This document shows, piece after piece, positions 1 through 9,141 of a stretch of DNA of 64,000 bases. This stretch comes from Candidatus Margulisiibacteriota bacterium. GTDB lineage: Bacteria > Margulisbacteria > Marinamargulisbacteria > JBFWNS01. Where the stretch lies: NCBI GenBank assembly GCA_050250935.1, contig JBFWNS010000008.1:9572-73571 (forward strand), read 5' to 3'. The notes beneath the pieces were generated by a model that ran no database searches, was not told the origin of the DNA, and saw nothing but the letters and a program-made list of their open reading frames with translations. Positions within the stretch are counted from its first letter, which is position 1, and every line of letters starts with the position of its first letter. A program made the position numbers and the translations under genes.

Positions 1-261
1 TGGGCGTTTTTGTCTGGGTATTGCGAAGACGATTTGCGCCGCCAATTTCGCGAAAAAGGCGAACGGTATGCCGAAGATTGGCTGCGAGAAGGCACGGCCC
101 CCAAACCCACCCATTTTCAAAACTTTTTGGTTCTAGAACGGGGCATCGTGGTGTTTTTTAACCCCAACCAAGTGGGCCCCAGCGCCCTTGGCGAGCGAGA
201 AGTCTTTATTCCCGCAGGCGAAATCGCCAACGCCCCCTCCGTCGATTATTCCCGCTACTAG
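1..261 (+). CDS. C-terminal part of a DUF3298/RsiV-like protein (5' truncated by window)
   Basis: NFLVLERGIVVFFNPNQVGPSALG resembles the F..Y.I.P...G pattern of DUF3298; frame is open at the window edge. Confidence 0.55.
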   Translation, partial: WAFLSGYCEDDLRRQFREKGERYAEDWLREGTAPKPTHFQNFLVLERGIVVFFNPNQVGPSALGEREVFIPAGEIANAPSVDYSRY

Positions 262-340
262 CAAACCCCGTTCTCAAGCTCCCCGTGACAAGCCTTTTTC
301 CCTTTGATATACTCTTGGAAGGTTCATTTAAAAAAATCTC

Positions 341-368
341 TGCAATTTTTTTCAAGAACCTTCGATAA
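341..368 (+). promoter_or_regulatory. sigma28-like promoter motif TGCAA-N17-CGATAA
   Basis: tgcaa 341-345, cgataa 363-368, upstream of ORF 422. Confidence 0.7.
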
Positions 369-421
369 GTACTCAGAAAGTTTTTGTTCTTATACTATTT
401 TTCATTAAAAAGGAGTTTTTT

Positions 422-970
422 ATGGCAACAGTAGGAGCGCCAGTTTCATTAACCTTTACTTGGCAACCAGGCCAATCTGCGGCTTCGGCAGCAGCGGCTT
501 CGGCAGCAGCGGCTTCAGCAGCAGCGGCTTCAGCGACGGCATCGGTCCCAGGTCAACAGGCTGTGGTTTCTCATACAGCAGACACCGACGCCCTAACAGT
601 GGGAGGAAGACAGCTAGCGCTTGCAGACAGTGCAGAAGTTAAAGCCAATTTGGTTGCTCAATTCCAAGTTCTGTCGTCAAACATTCAGGCAGCAGCAGCT
701 GCTATACAGGCAGGAAGATTTGCGGACGTTGAAGGTGCACTTGTACCATCTAAGGCAGCTGGATCTGCTGATGCTCCGGTAAAAACTGATGCGGAACATG
801 CAGCTGCAAAAGACGCTGCTTTAAAAGCTTTTGATGTCGCGGTAAAGGCTTCTGCGCTATTAGCAGCTGTCGATGCACAAATAGCTTCTCCACTACCAAC
901 TGACGCATCTGCAGCTCATGCACTAAAAAGTGTTGGGGCAAACACTGAATTGGCCGCTGTTTTAGCCTAG
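422..970 (+). CDS. Ala-rich hypothetical protein with SAAAA repeats
   Basis: 182-aa ORF, strong AAGGAG RBS, GCA/GCT-biased codons, own terminator. Confidence 0.85.
   Translation: MATVGAPVSLTFTWQPGQSAASAAAASAAAASAAAASATASVPGQQAVVSHTADTDALTVGGRQLALADSAEVKANLVAQFQVLSSNIQAAAAAIQAGRFADVEGALVPSKAAGSADAPVKTDAEHAAAKDAALKAFDVAVKASALLAAVDAQIASPLPTDASAAHALKSVGANTELAAVLA
479..534 (+). repeat. 15-bp coding tandem repeat (GCGGCTTCRGCAGCA, about 3.7 copies)
   Basis: Direct reading; encodes ASAAA units. Confidence 0.85.
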
Positions 971-992
971 GCTGTTCCGAAGACTTTAGAGC

Positions 993-1032
993 GCCCATCC
1001 TAAAACTCAATTTTGGGATGGGCTTTTTTTTT
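993..1032 (+). terminator. Rho-independent terminator
   Basis: gcccatcctaaaa / ttttgggatgggc stem followed by a T run. Confidence 0.9.
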
Positions 1033-1055
1033 GAAGTTCAGGGTGGGGAGTCGAT

Positions 1056-2744
1056 ATGAATTTTTTCAACGAAAAAAAACAACTATCAACCGAGTTTAAA
1101 CACCTCTTGTTTGATAAAGCGGTTTTGAACAAGCACAAAACCATTGTGGCCTATCTGAAGGCCAAAAACGAAAAACCAGACCTTAAACCATTAAAGCGGG
1201 CTTTGGCCCATGTCGAGACGCTTTTACTAGACGGGTTGGAAAAACAAGCTTGGCTTCAATATCGGGCCATGGAATTGGCTGGGAATTGGGGGCCCTCTGG
1301 CGAACAGCAAGTCAAGCTGGGGTTTTATAGGAACATCCTGCAATTGCCCAACAGTGTCGCCCTAACCTACGAACACATGGGGCAGTTCGAAACCCTTAAA
1401 GCCGACAAGATGGACCAATTTGGGCTTACCGGCCTGTCGGCAGGGGCAGTCAAAGTTCAATTCGAGTCCTATCATATTGCGTTTTTGGGTAAACAAGTCA
1501 AGTTCGACCAAGTGGATGCCATCAATGCCTGGCTGCGGTTTATTGGCTCCAAATATACCTATATGACCTGGTTGTTTGGTGCCGAACGCATGTTCTTTGT
1601 GGGCGAAGTCAAAAAACATCGCTATGCCGAAAACGAAGTGGTGTGGGTCAAGCACGAAAAATTCAGAAGCCCGAATCTGATTGTGGCCTTGGCGGCCGTG
1701 AATGCCTCCCACCAGGTTTTTATTCGCGAAGAAGCTTTGCGGACAATTTTTTATCAAAAATGGGTGCTCAGTTACGATTTATCCGATTTTGAAAAATCCA
1801 TGCTCTATGCCAACCGCGAGCGGGCCATTTCGGATGGCATCAAAGAGGTGGTTTTCCAGGCCTATGGCGTGTCGGACCGAGAGGCCCTAATCCAAATCGA
1901 AAACGAATTTGTCTTTGATATGGGCGAAACCATTCAATTCCACGAATTGGGCCACAGCATTGTGCAGCACGATTTGTTGCCCAAAGACGCGGCCACCATT
2001 TCGGAAGTCTCGAATGTGTACACCGACAGTTTGCTCCACAATTTGGCTGAACTATTGGCTGATTTGGCACCCCATCATCGCAATTCCAAAGGGCCATTGG
2101 CCAATATGGTGGATCTATCCAAAACCGACCCCAGACGGGCGGCCCGCATGTTCTATATGTATTTGTCCGATGTGTGGTTTTACGACACCCAAGATGCCCA
2201 CATGTTGTTGTATTCGGATCTGATTGTCTTATTTTTGCTGCGCTACATCAAGCCCAACAAAACCATCGATTTTGCCAAGCTGGAAGCCGATTTGGTGGTC
2301 CATAAAGGCAAGTCCAACGCCAAGCCATCCATGATCGACCGCATTTTAGACGTCATGCAAAAAGGCGGCGAGGACATGATTCAAACCATCAAAACCGCAA
2401 CCTTTGTGATCCATGGCAAAGACTATGCCTTCGAAAAGGTTAAACAGCTCACCTTTGGAAACTTCCAACAAGACAAAATCCCCATCGACGAAAATTCGTA
2501 TAAATTTTTAACCATTTTCTGGCGTACCATGTTGAGCTACATGCCGGTTTTTGCTGTCAATGCGCACCAGGCCATTCAGGCCGATCTCGATGCCTTGCGC
2601 TTGGATTTCTTGAAAAAAATGATGGTCTTATCTTGCGGAAAAACCAAGGCCGAAGCCTATGGGTTCGACCATCGTCGGTATATTTTTGAGACCATGGAAG
2701 CGCTGGGGATTACAGTGAAGCCCGGTTCGACCACGCTCTTTTAA
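1056..2744 (+). CDS. hypothetical protein with HEXXH motif (possible zinc metallopeptidase fold)
   Basis: 562-aa ORF, GGGGAG RBS, FHELGH plus downstream AELLAD. Confidence 0.6.
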   Translation: MNFFNEKKQLSTEFKHLLFDKAVLNKHKTIVAYLKAKNEKPDLKPLKRALAHVETLLLDGLEKQAWLQYRAMELAGNWGPSGEQQVKLGFYRNILQLPNSVALTYEHMGQFETLKADKMDQFGLTGLSAGAVKVQFESYHIAFLGKQVKFDQVDAINAWLRFIGSKYTYMTWLFGAERMFFVGEVKKHRYAENEVVWVKHEKFRSPNLIVALAAVNASHQVFIREEALRTIFYQKWVLSYDLSDFEKSMLYANRERAISDGIKEVVFQAYGVSDREALIQIENEFVFDMGETIQFHELGHSIVQHDLLPKDAATISEVSNVYTDSLLHNLAELLADLAPHHRNSKGPLANMVDLSKTDPRRAARMFYMYLSDVWFYDTQDAHMLLYSDLIVLFLLRYIKPNKTIDFAKLEADLVVHKGKSNAKPSMIDRILDVMQKGGEDMIQTIKTATFVIHGKDYAFEKVKQLTFGNFQQDKIPIDENSYKFLTIFWRTMLSYMPVFAVNAHQAIQADLDALRLDFLKKMMVLSCGKTKAEAYGFDHRRYIFETMEALGITVKPGSTTLF

Positions 2745-2747
2745 TTG

Positions 2748-2773
2748 AAAAAAGAGAGTGGGAAACGACTCTC
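2748..2773 (-). terminator. Rho-independent terminator on the minus strand
   Basis: gagagt/actctc stem with A6 on plus (U6 on minus). Confidence 0.6.
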
Positions 2774-2876
2774 ACTGAGTGCCAGCTGGAAAACGGACAA
2801 AAACCAGTGGCTTTAGCGGGCTTAGCTAGTTATCGGCTAATAATCAGTGCTAAGCCCGCGAGTGTCAAAAGTAATT

Positions 2877-5063
2877 TTAAAAGCCATTCGGAAGATAGGT
2901 CGAGAGGCTGATTCTTTTACCATCGGTTAGAAGCTGAATGGCCCCATTTTTGTCGGTTCGATAGAGTCGAATCTGGTGTTCGGAAAGACGCTCGACAACC
3001 TCTTGGGAGGGGTGGCGGAATTTGTTGTTTCGACCTGCGCTGGCGATGGCAATTTGGGGGTGAACGGCGGCCAAAAAGGCCTCTGTGGATGATGTTTTAC
3101 TGCCGTGGTGTCCCAATTTAAGAACCCTTGCCCCCAAGGCTGGGGCTTGGTTGGCCAGCAGGGCATTTTCCCCTTCTTCTTCCAAATCGCCCATGAACAA
3201 AATATCGACGGTGCCCATGGTCAGCTTGGTGACCACCGAGTTGTTGTTTTCGTTTTCGTCCATCACATGGTCGGGTTCGGGATAAAGAATGCGCAAGACA
3301 ATGCCCTTTTCCAAGCGAAACACCTGGTTTTGAACCGCTGCAAGGGTTGTGGTGGTTTTGGGCACTGGAAGGTGCGGGTTGGGTTCCCCATTCGTTACAA
3401 AGACTTTGGGGCTATAGGTTGGCAGCAAGAAAAATAGCCCCCCAAAATGATCGTCGTGAAAGTGGGTCAGCAAAATGCCATCCAGAGCGGTGATGCCTTC
3501 ATACCTTAAAAAGGGAGCCACAATGCGCTGTCCGGCATCAAAGACAATTTTTCCGGTCAAAAAGTCTTTAACCCTGGGACCGCCATCGATTAAAAAGCTG
3601 CGGTGGGAGGGGGTTTCGATCACGGTGGCGTCCCCTTGGCCCACGTCCAAAAAGGTCACCGTCAGGGTCGAGCTGGGAAACCAAGTGGGAATGGCAATGC
3701 CCAAGAGCGCGATCGTCATCAGGCTTAAGCCCACGGAAGTGCCGGGTTTGCGCTGACTGTGTCGCAGAACGGCCCAGCCCAAGCCAGCATAAAACAGGAC
3801 CAGCCAGCCCAGCCAGGGTTGGGCCAAGGCAAAGTTTCCGCCGGGAATCTGGCTGATTTTGGCCAGAACGCCATTTAAATGGGACAAAACCTGGCCGCAT
3901 CCCACTAGAAATGGGGCGCCAACACTGGGCATCAACAGCCCTATTCCAGAGCCCAAAAATCCTGCAAGTACCACCACTTCCGAAATGGGTACCACCAAGG
4001 CGTTGGTCACCAGGGCAATGGGGGACAGGGTTTGGAAGGCATACCAGGTGATGGGTGTGGTAAATAAAAAGGGTGCCAGCGTCATGGCCACCAGGGTTTT
4101 CAGCCATTGGGGCCAAGTGGTGGGAAATCCCGCTTCCAGCAACGGCACACCAAACACCAACGAGGCTGTGGCTGCAAAGGACAGCAAAAACCCCAAATCA
4201 AAACAAAATAAAGGGTTCCAGGCCAGCATCAGCAAGGCGGTAAACGACAGCAGGTGCAAGGGGTGGGTTCGCCGGTTCAACAGCGCCAAAATCAGGGCGA
4301 TTTCGCTCATTAACACGGCCCGAAAAATCGAGGTTCCCCCGCCAGTCAGGCCATAAAACAGGGCATGAATCACCGTCATGACAACCACCAAAACGGGGTT
4401 GGACAAGGGCAAAAGCCGTAACAGTACCAAACAAGACCCGCAAAGCAACGACACCTGGGCCCCCGACACCACCAGCAAGTGGGTTAATCCGGTTTTTTGA
4501 TAGATGGTTTGAAGCTCGTCCGGCAAGTGTAGGCCTTGGTCTCCAATTAAAAAGCTGGACAACAACGGCCCAAGTTGGGGGCCCAAATACCGATCGTGCA
4601 AGGCCAAAACCCGGTTGTGAAGGACAAACAAAACCCGATTGGGATTCCACCAAGATCCTTGCCCAAGTTTTTGGGTGTGCGTCACCAAAAACACCCCGTT
4701 AATGCCTTTTACACGATAATAATGGGGGGCATTAAATTCCCCAGGATTGGTTGGTTCTCGCAACAGACGAAACCGACCCGAGACCCTGAAGGTGTCGCCG
4801 GGCATCGCCAAAAAAGGGGTTTTGAAGTTCAAGATAACAGTTCCAAACGGCGAACGAGCAACCGCTTGGCTGGGTTTGGGCAGGGCCGATAGGGTAACGG
4901 TCATGTTGAGAGGGGCATCGGGCAAAGGGACGGGCTTTTCCAGCCAGGGGGAGAGGGCAACAATCACGGCCACCACGGCGGCCAAAAGCAAGGGTGTGAA
5001 CCAGCGTTTTATCCCGTTTAAACAAAGGGCAATTAAGGGTTTTAGAGGGGCTTTTGGCAGCAT
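2877..5063 (-). CDS. comEC: DNA uptake competence protein ComEC/Rec2
   Basis: TGLTHLLVVSG competence domain, FLDVGQGD, THFHDDH metallo-beta-lactamase motif, GHHGS; ATG at 5063 preferred. Confidence 0.95.
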   Translation of the reverse strand: MLPKAPLKPLIALCLNGIKRWFTPLLLAAVVAVIVALSPWLEKPVPLPDAPLNMTVTLSALPKPSQAVARSPFGTVILNFKTPFLAMPGDTFRVSGRFRLLREPTNPGEFNAPHYYRVKGINGVFLVTHTQKLGQGSWWNPNRVLFVLHNRVLALHDRYLGPQLGPLLSSFLIGDQGLHLPDELQTIYQKTGLTHLLVVSGAQVSLLCGSCLVLLRLLPLSNPVLVVVMTVIHALFYGLTGGGTSIFRAVLMSEIALILALLNRRTHPLHLLSFTALLMLAWNPLFCFDLGFLLSFAATASLVFGVPLLEAGFPTTWPQWLKTLVAMTLAPFLFTTPITWYAFQTLSPIALVTNALVVPISEVVVLAGFLGSGIGLLMPSVGAPFLVGCGQVLSHLNGVLAKISQIPGGNFALAQPWLGWLVLFYAGLGWAVLRHSQRKPGTSVGLSLMTIALLGIAIPTWFPSSTLTVTFLDVGQGDATVIETPSHRSFLIDGGPRVKDFLTGKIVFDAGQRIVAPFLRYEGITALDGILLTHFHDDHFGGLFFLLPTYSPKVFVTNGEPNPHLPVPKTTTTLAAVQNQVFRLEKGIVLRILYPEPDHVMDENENNNSVVTKLTMGTVDILFMGDLEEEGENALLANQAPALGARVLKLGHHGSKTSSTEAFLAAVHPQIAIASAGRNNKFRHPSQEVVERLSEHQIRLYRTDKNGAIQLLTDGKRISLSTYLPNGF

Positions 5064-5088
5064 GGAAGCCGCCAGTGTAGCAAAAAAT

Positions 5089-5116
5089 TGCAATTTGAAG
5101 CCACATCTTCCGATAA
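5089..5116 (+). promoter_or_regulatory. sigma28-like promoter motif TGCAA-N17-CGATAA
   Basis: tgcaa 5089-5093, cgataa 5111-5116, upstream of the kinase gene. Confidence 0.7.
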
Positions 5117-5155
5117 CTAGTGGATGCCCAAGGGTATCGAAAAGGGGATATGATA

Positions 5156-6706
5156 ATGATGTTTAAGCATATTGCAGTGGTAAAACCACCCACAGATTTT
5201 TCGGGATTAATGGCCCTTTTTCCGCCAAAAAAAAATGGCGGTTCGGCTATTGGTTTTGGGTCCTTTTTACCACCGTCGGTGCCGGTTGTTCCTAGTCCCA
5301 CTTCGGTTTCAGCAGAACTTTCTATGTCTTCTCCAGATGCGTCGAGCTCGGAATCGAATATGGAAGAAGATCCGAAATCCGCGGTTTCGACGCACAGTTC
5401 TGTCCAGCCTTCTGACGACGATTCTTTGTTTAGGGCTTTTCTTGCCGCACCCACTGGGGATATGGGGATTCGTAAACGTACTGCATCTCAATTAGCCGGG
5501 CTTTACCCACCCTCTGCAAAACGGAATGAGCCTCAACTGAAGGCCGCTGGTTTCAATTTTTCTGAGATCGTACAGGCCGAACACCCCGCCATCTATCCAG
5601 ATATGCCAGAGGATCTCAACCCCTTTTTTGATTTTGGACCCGCAAGCCCAGTGCGTGGAGCAGATCTTTTGGCCATGTCTAAGTTGGAGCGTGTTCAGGT
5701 AACAGATGCCTCTGTTGAGTATTCTTTTTCTGGGAATATAAAGGTCTCGGTTGATCTGAAAAAACAGCTTGCAAATGGGGCTCATGGTGCTGTTTTTCCA
5801 GCCGCTGTTCGAAGTGGGGAAAAAGAATGGCAAACGGTTTACAAGCGGTATCGGCCAGGATACGAAAATACGATTTTTAACAGAATTTCGGCGGCGTTCG
5901 AGATCATAAAAAGGTTAAATCAAGGGGCCCCACATCCTAATATGGCTAAGCCGATATTTATGAACCATTTTGAGCTGGGCAAAAGGGTAGATTCGGTGGC
6001 CTATATTGAAGCCCAAACCGAATTTTCCAATATTAATGATGATGGGATCCATGCGGTGTTGAACATAAACCCAGCGGGAGGCACTGCACTTGTGTTCAAA
6101 TTGCTGGTTCAAATTTTAGAGCTAAATCGGTTTATGCACACCAACGGGTTTGTTCATGGCGATTTAAAAGGAGCCAACTTGTTGTTGGATAAAGCCAACA
6201 AGGCCCACCTTAAAGCCACTGATTTTGAATTTGCGCAACATTTAGGTAAGCAAGTGTTTGTAGAGACGACACCCGTTTATTGTGGTGAAAAACAACTGAG
6301 ACATTTAAGCGGAAATTATATCGTTGGGTCCGATGCCGATCTAAATGCTGTGGGATTAATGCTTTACAAATGGCTAGAGGGAAGCCATCTCTATGAATGT
6401 GTAAAAGTGATGGATAAAAGACTGTACACAAACCTGACTTTTTTGGCCCAGGTTATCGATGATCCTAGCTATACGGATGCAAAGCAAGCCTTGAGCCAGA
6501 AAGCTGGCCAAGACACGGTTTTGGCCCCCTTGTACCGAATAGCATTGGCCTTAATTGCTGCGGATGGAAAACCAGAAGAGACCCTATCGGTTTATCGGCT
6601 CGTGATGAACGAAATGGCAAAACACGTCGCGCGATATGCGGTTACTCCACTCCAGGTGGACCAGAGTGTGACCCAGTACATGGAACTGTGTAAAGTACAC
6701 GCCTAA
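5156..6706 (+). CDS. Hanks-type Ser/Thr protein kinase with long Ser/Pro-rich N-terminus
   Basis: LANGAHGAVF Gly loop, VYK, HGDLKGANLLL catalytic loop, TDFE (DFG variant); start among ATGs 5150-5159 after AAGGGG. Confidence 0.85.
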   Translation: MMFKHIAVVKPPTDFSGLMALFPPKKNGGSAIGFGSFLPPSVPVVPSPTSVSAELSMSSPDASSSESNMEEDPKSAVSTHSSVQPSDDDSLFRAFLAAPTGDMGIRKRTASQLAGLYPPSAKRNEPQLKAAGFNFSEIVQAEHPAIYPDMPEDLNPFFDFGPASPVRGADLLAMSKLERVQVTDASVEYSFSGNIKVSVDLKKQLANGAHGAVFPAAVRSGEKEWQTVYKRYRPGYENTIFNRISAAFEIIKRLNQGAPHPNMAKPIFMNHFELGKRVDSVAYIEAQTEFSNINDDGIHAVLNINPAGGTALVFKLLVQILELNRFMHTNGFVHGDLKGANLLLDKANKAHLKATDFEFAQHLGKQVFVETTPVYCGEKQLRHLSGNYIVGSDADLNAVGLMLYKWLEGSHLYECVKVMDKRLYTNLTFLAQVIDDPSYTDAKQALSQKAGQDTVLAPLYRIALALIAADGKPEETLSVYRLVMNEMAKHVARYAVTPLQVDQSVTQYMELCKVHA

Positions 6707-7130
6707 TTTCTCGAGGATACAGCAGATTCAGTGCGGCTAAAACAGGATCCACTAGGTTGCCCGGCCAAAGCATAGGAACTTGGGTTAAATGGGTATCGAC
6801 AAGAACTGTAAGGCCATTCCACTCTCGCACACAAACAATATGATTCTGCACTGGGGAAAGGCTAAACAAACAAAGAACAGCTCTTTCGGAACAGTTGGGA
6901 AAGATGCGCATTAAATTGGCAAAAACATCTTCTAATGGATTCCAACGCGGTAATGGATGGTGTGCGCCATTATAGTTTTGCAAATCTTGAGGAGACTGAA
7001 CGGCGAGGTAACACAACTCTAGGCAAGCATTTGCCAAAGGAAGCCTGGGTACAGTAGGGGGTGGGAACACCGCATTTAGCTGACTAAGTAGGGCCGAAAT
7101 GCTGTCGGAAACGGCGATTAATTTTCGCAT
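6642..7130 (-). CDS. hypothetical protein
   Basis: 162-aa ORF with ATG start and a CGATAA element upstream (7164-7169). Confidence 0.55.
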   Translation of the reverse strand: MRKLIAVSDSISALLSQLNAVFPPPTVPRLPLANACLELCYLAVQSPQDLQNYNGAHHPLPRWNPLEDVFANLMRIFPNCSERAVLCLFSLSPVQNHIVCVREWNGLTVLVDTHLTQVPMLWPGNLVDPVLAALNLLYPREIRRVLYTVPCTGSHSGPPGVE

Positions 7131-7310
7131 GCGTCAACTTTTATAAAAGGGAATAAAAACAGCTTATCGCAGTTTTCAAAAAAAATTCAAGCACTTGTGT
7201 AGTGGGTAGGTCGGATGTTGTCGATTTTGTGTTTGTGCCGGTTGTGAAGAAATCAAATTTTAGGTACACTTGAACGACACTTCTGCTCGGGTTTCCAAAG
7301 GAAAAATGTC

Positions 7311-7694
7311 ATGAAAAAAAGCCTCCTGATGGGTGGCGCTTTGGTTGTTTTGGCTGTTGGGACCTATTGGGGTTTCCATACCCTTAAGCCTTCTGAACCC
7401 AAGCCTGTTGAACAACCTGCTGTAACCACCCAAATGGTTTGGAATGTTCCTTTGGAGTCTGAAGCCAAAGCCCAAAAGATTGAAAAAAAACTGGCCCAAA
7501 CCCCAGGTGTTGTGGCCGTTAAAACAACCGCCAAAACCGTCACCTGCGAATACGATCCCACCAAAGTCCAAGTGGCGGACATGGTGCAGACCATCGAAAA
7601 AGAAGGGGTAAAAGTCGAGTCTAAACCCTCGGCGCCACAGCCCCTGAATGTCATCAACTACAGCATCGATGTTCAACAAGGAGATCCAAAATGA
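7311..7694 (+). CDS. membrane-anchored HMA-like (heavy-metal-associated) domain protein lacking CXXC
   Basis: N-terminal TM helix; KIEKKLAQTPGV...EYDP...IEKEG HMA pattern. Confidence 0.65.
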   Translation: MKKSLLMGGALVVLAVGTYWGFHTLKPSEPKPVEQPAVTTQMVWNVPLESEAKAQKIEKKLAQTPGVVAVKTTAKTVTCEYDPTKVQVADMVQTIEKEGVKVESKPSAPQPLNVINYSIDVQQGDPK

Positions 7695-8200
7695 ACTTAA
7701 AAACAACCATTCTTGCCGCCGTGCTGATGGTTCCTGCAACGGTTTTTGCCGCTCCGATTGCTGGAGTCGCTGTTTTTTACCCCACATCCGGCAATGCGGT
7801 GTCTGGTGTTGTGCGCTTAAGCCAAACCCCAGACGGTGTTCGTTTGGTGGGGCAGGTGTCTGGGCTTACGCCGGGTAAGCATGGGTTTCATATCCATCAA
7901 TACGGCGACACATCGGCGTCAGATGGCACCGCCGCAGGGTCTCATTTTAACCCCTCTGGACACCAGCACGGGATGCCAGGGTCTGGCCACGTTGGCGATT
8001 TGATGAACATCGAAGCCAATGCGTCTGGAAATGCCACCCTCGATCGGACCCTGTCGGGCGCTACCCTGACCTCCGACGAAAACGGAATTTTAGGCCGTTC
8101 CTTGGTCATTCACGCCGACCAAGATGATTACAAAACACAGCCAACGGGCGGGTCTGGGGCCCGTGTTGCCGTTGGCGTTATAGGAGTTGCGAAGCCATGA
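7691..8200 (+). CDS. sodC: Cu/Zn superoxide dismutase, exported
   Basis: Signal peptide, HGFHIH, HFNP, HVGDL, SLVIH, GGSGAR. Confidence 0.95.
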   Translation: MNLKTTILAAVLMVPATVFAAPIAGVAVFYPTSGNAVSGVVRLSQTPDGVRLVGQVSGLTPGKHGFHIHQYGDTSASDGTAAGSHFNPSGHQHGMPGSGHVGDLMNIEANASGNATLDRTLSGATLTSDENGILGRSLVIHADQDDYKTQPTGGSGARVAVGVIGVAKP

Positions 8201-9141
8201 TGCAGGAGAATATGCGTTTTTTTGCGGGATCCTCTCACCCCGAATTGGGCAAAGCCATTGCCGATCAATTGGGCATTGAATTGGGAAAAATTCAGTTGTC
8301 TCGGTTTAGCTGTGGCGAATTGTATGCCCGCATCGAAGAATCCATTCGCGGCTACGAAGTGTATGTGCTTCAAACCGCAGCCCAAGAGGTTAACGACAAC
8401 TACATGGAACTCTTCATCATGATGGATGCATTAAAGCGCTCTTCTGCTGCCTCCATTAACGTGATTATTCCCCATTTTGGCTATGCCCGCCAAGACAAAA
8501 AATCGGCGCCCAGAGAGCCCATTTCGAGCCGTTTGATTGCCGATTTGATGTCCTCGGTTGGATTCGACCGCCTGATTACCATGGACTTGCATGCCGACCA
8601 AATTCAAGGATTTTTCTTGCAACCGGTGGATCATTTAACCGCCATGCCTTTGTTTGTGGAGTATTTTGCCAAAAAGAAACTTCAAAATTTGGTGGTTGTG
8701 GCTCCCGATGCTGGCCGGGCCAAATTTGCCAAAAAACTTTCCGACCATTTGGGCGGCGAATTGGCTTTTTTACACAAAACCCGTCCTGCCCACAATGTGG
8801 CCGAAATTGTGAATGTGGTGGGCAATGTCCAAGGCAAAACTGTGTTGTTGGTCGACGATATGGTCGACACCGGCGGTTCGGTGACTTCTGGCTTGGCCAC
8901 CTTGAAAAAATTTGGCTGCAACGACGAAATTTATTTGGCCACCACCCATCCCGTGTTGTCTGGCCCCGCCATTGAGCGGTTCTCCAAAGCCGGGTTTAAA
9001 GAAGTCGTGGTGACCGATACGATCCCGCTACCCAAAGAAAAACAGTTTCCAGGCTTAACGGTGTTGTCTGTAGCGCCCATGTTGGCCGAAGCCATTAAGC
9101 GCAACTACGAACATCAATCGATTTCGTCGTTGTATGTTTAA
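8197..9141 (+). CDS. prs: ribose-phosphate pyrophosphokinase
   Basis: GYARQDKK, DLHADQIQGFF, VDDMVDTGGS. Confidence 0.97.
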   Translation: MMQENMRFFAGSSHPELGKAIADQLGIELGKIQLSRFSCGELYARIEESIRGYEVYVLQTAAQEVNDNYMELFIMMDALKRSSAASINVIIPHFGYARQDKKSAPREPISSRLIADLMSSVGFDRLITMDLHADQIQGFFLQPVDHLTAMPLFVEYFAKKKLQNLVVVAPDAGRAKFAKKLSDHLGGELAFLHKTRPAHNVAEIVNVVGNVQGKTVLLVDDMVDTGGSVTSGLATLKKFGCNDEIYLATTHPVLSGPAIERFSKAGFKEVVVTDTIPLPKEKQFPGLTVLSVAPMLAEAIKRNYEHQSISSLYV

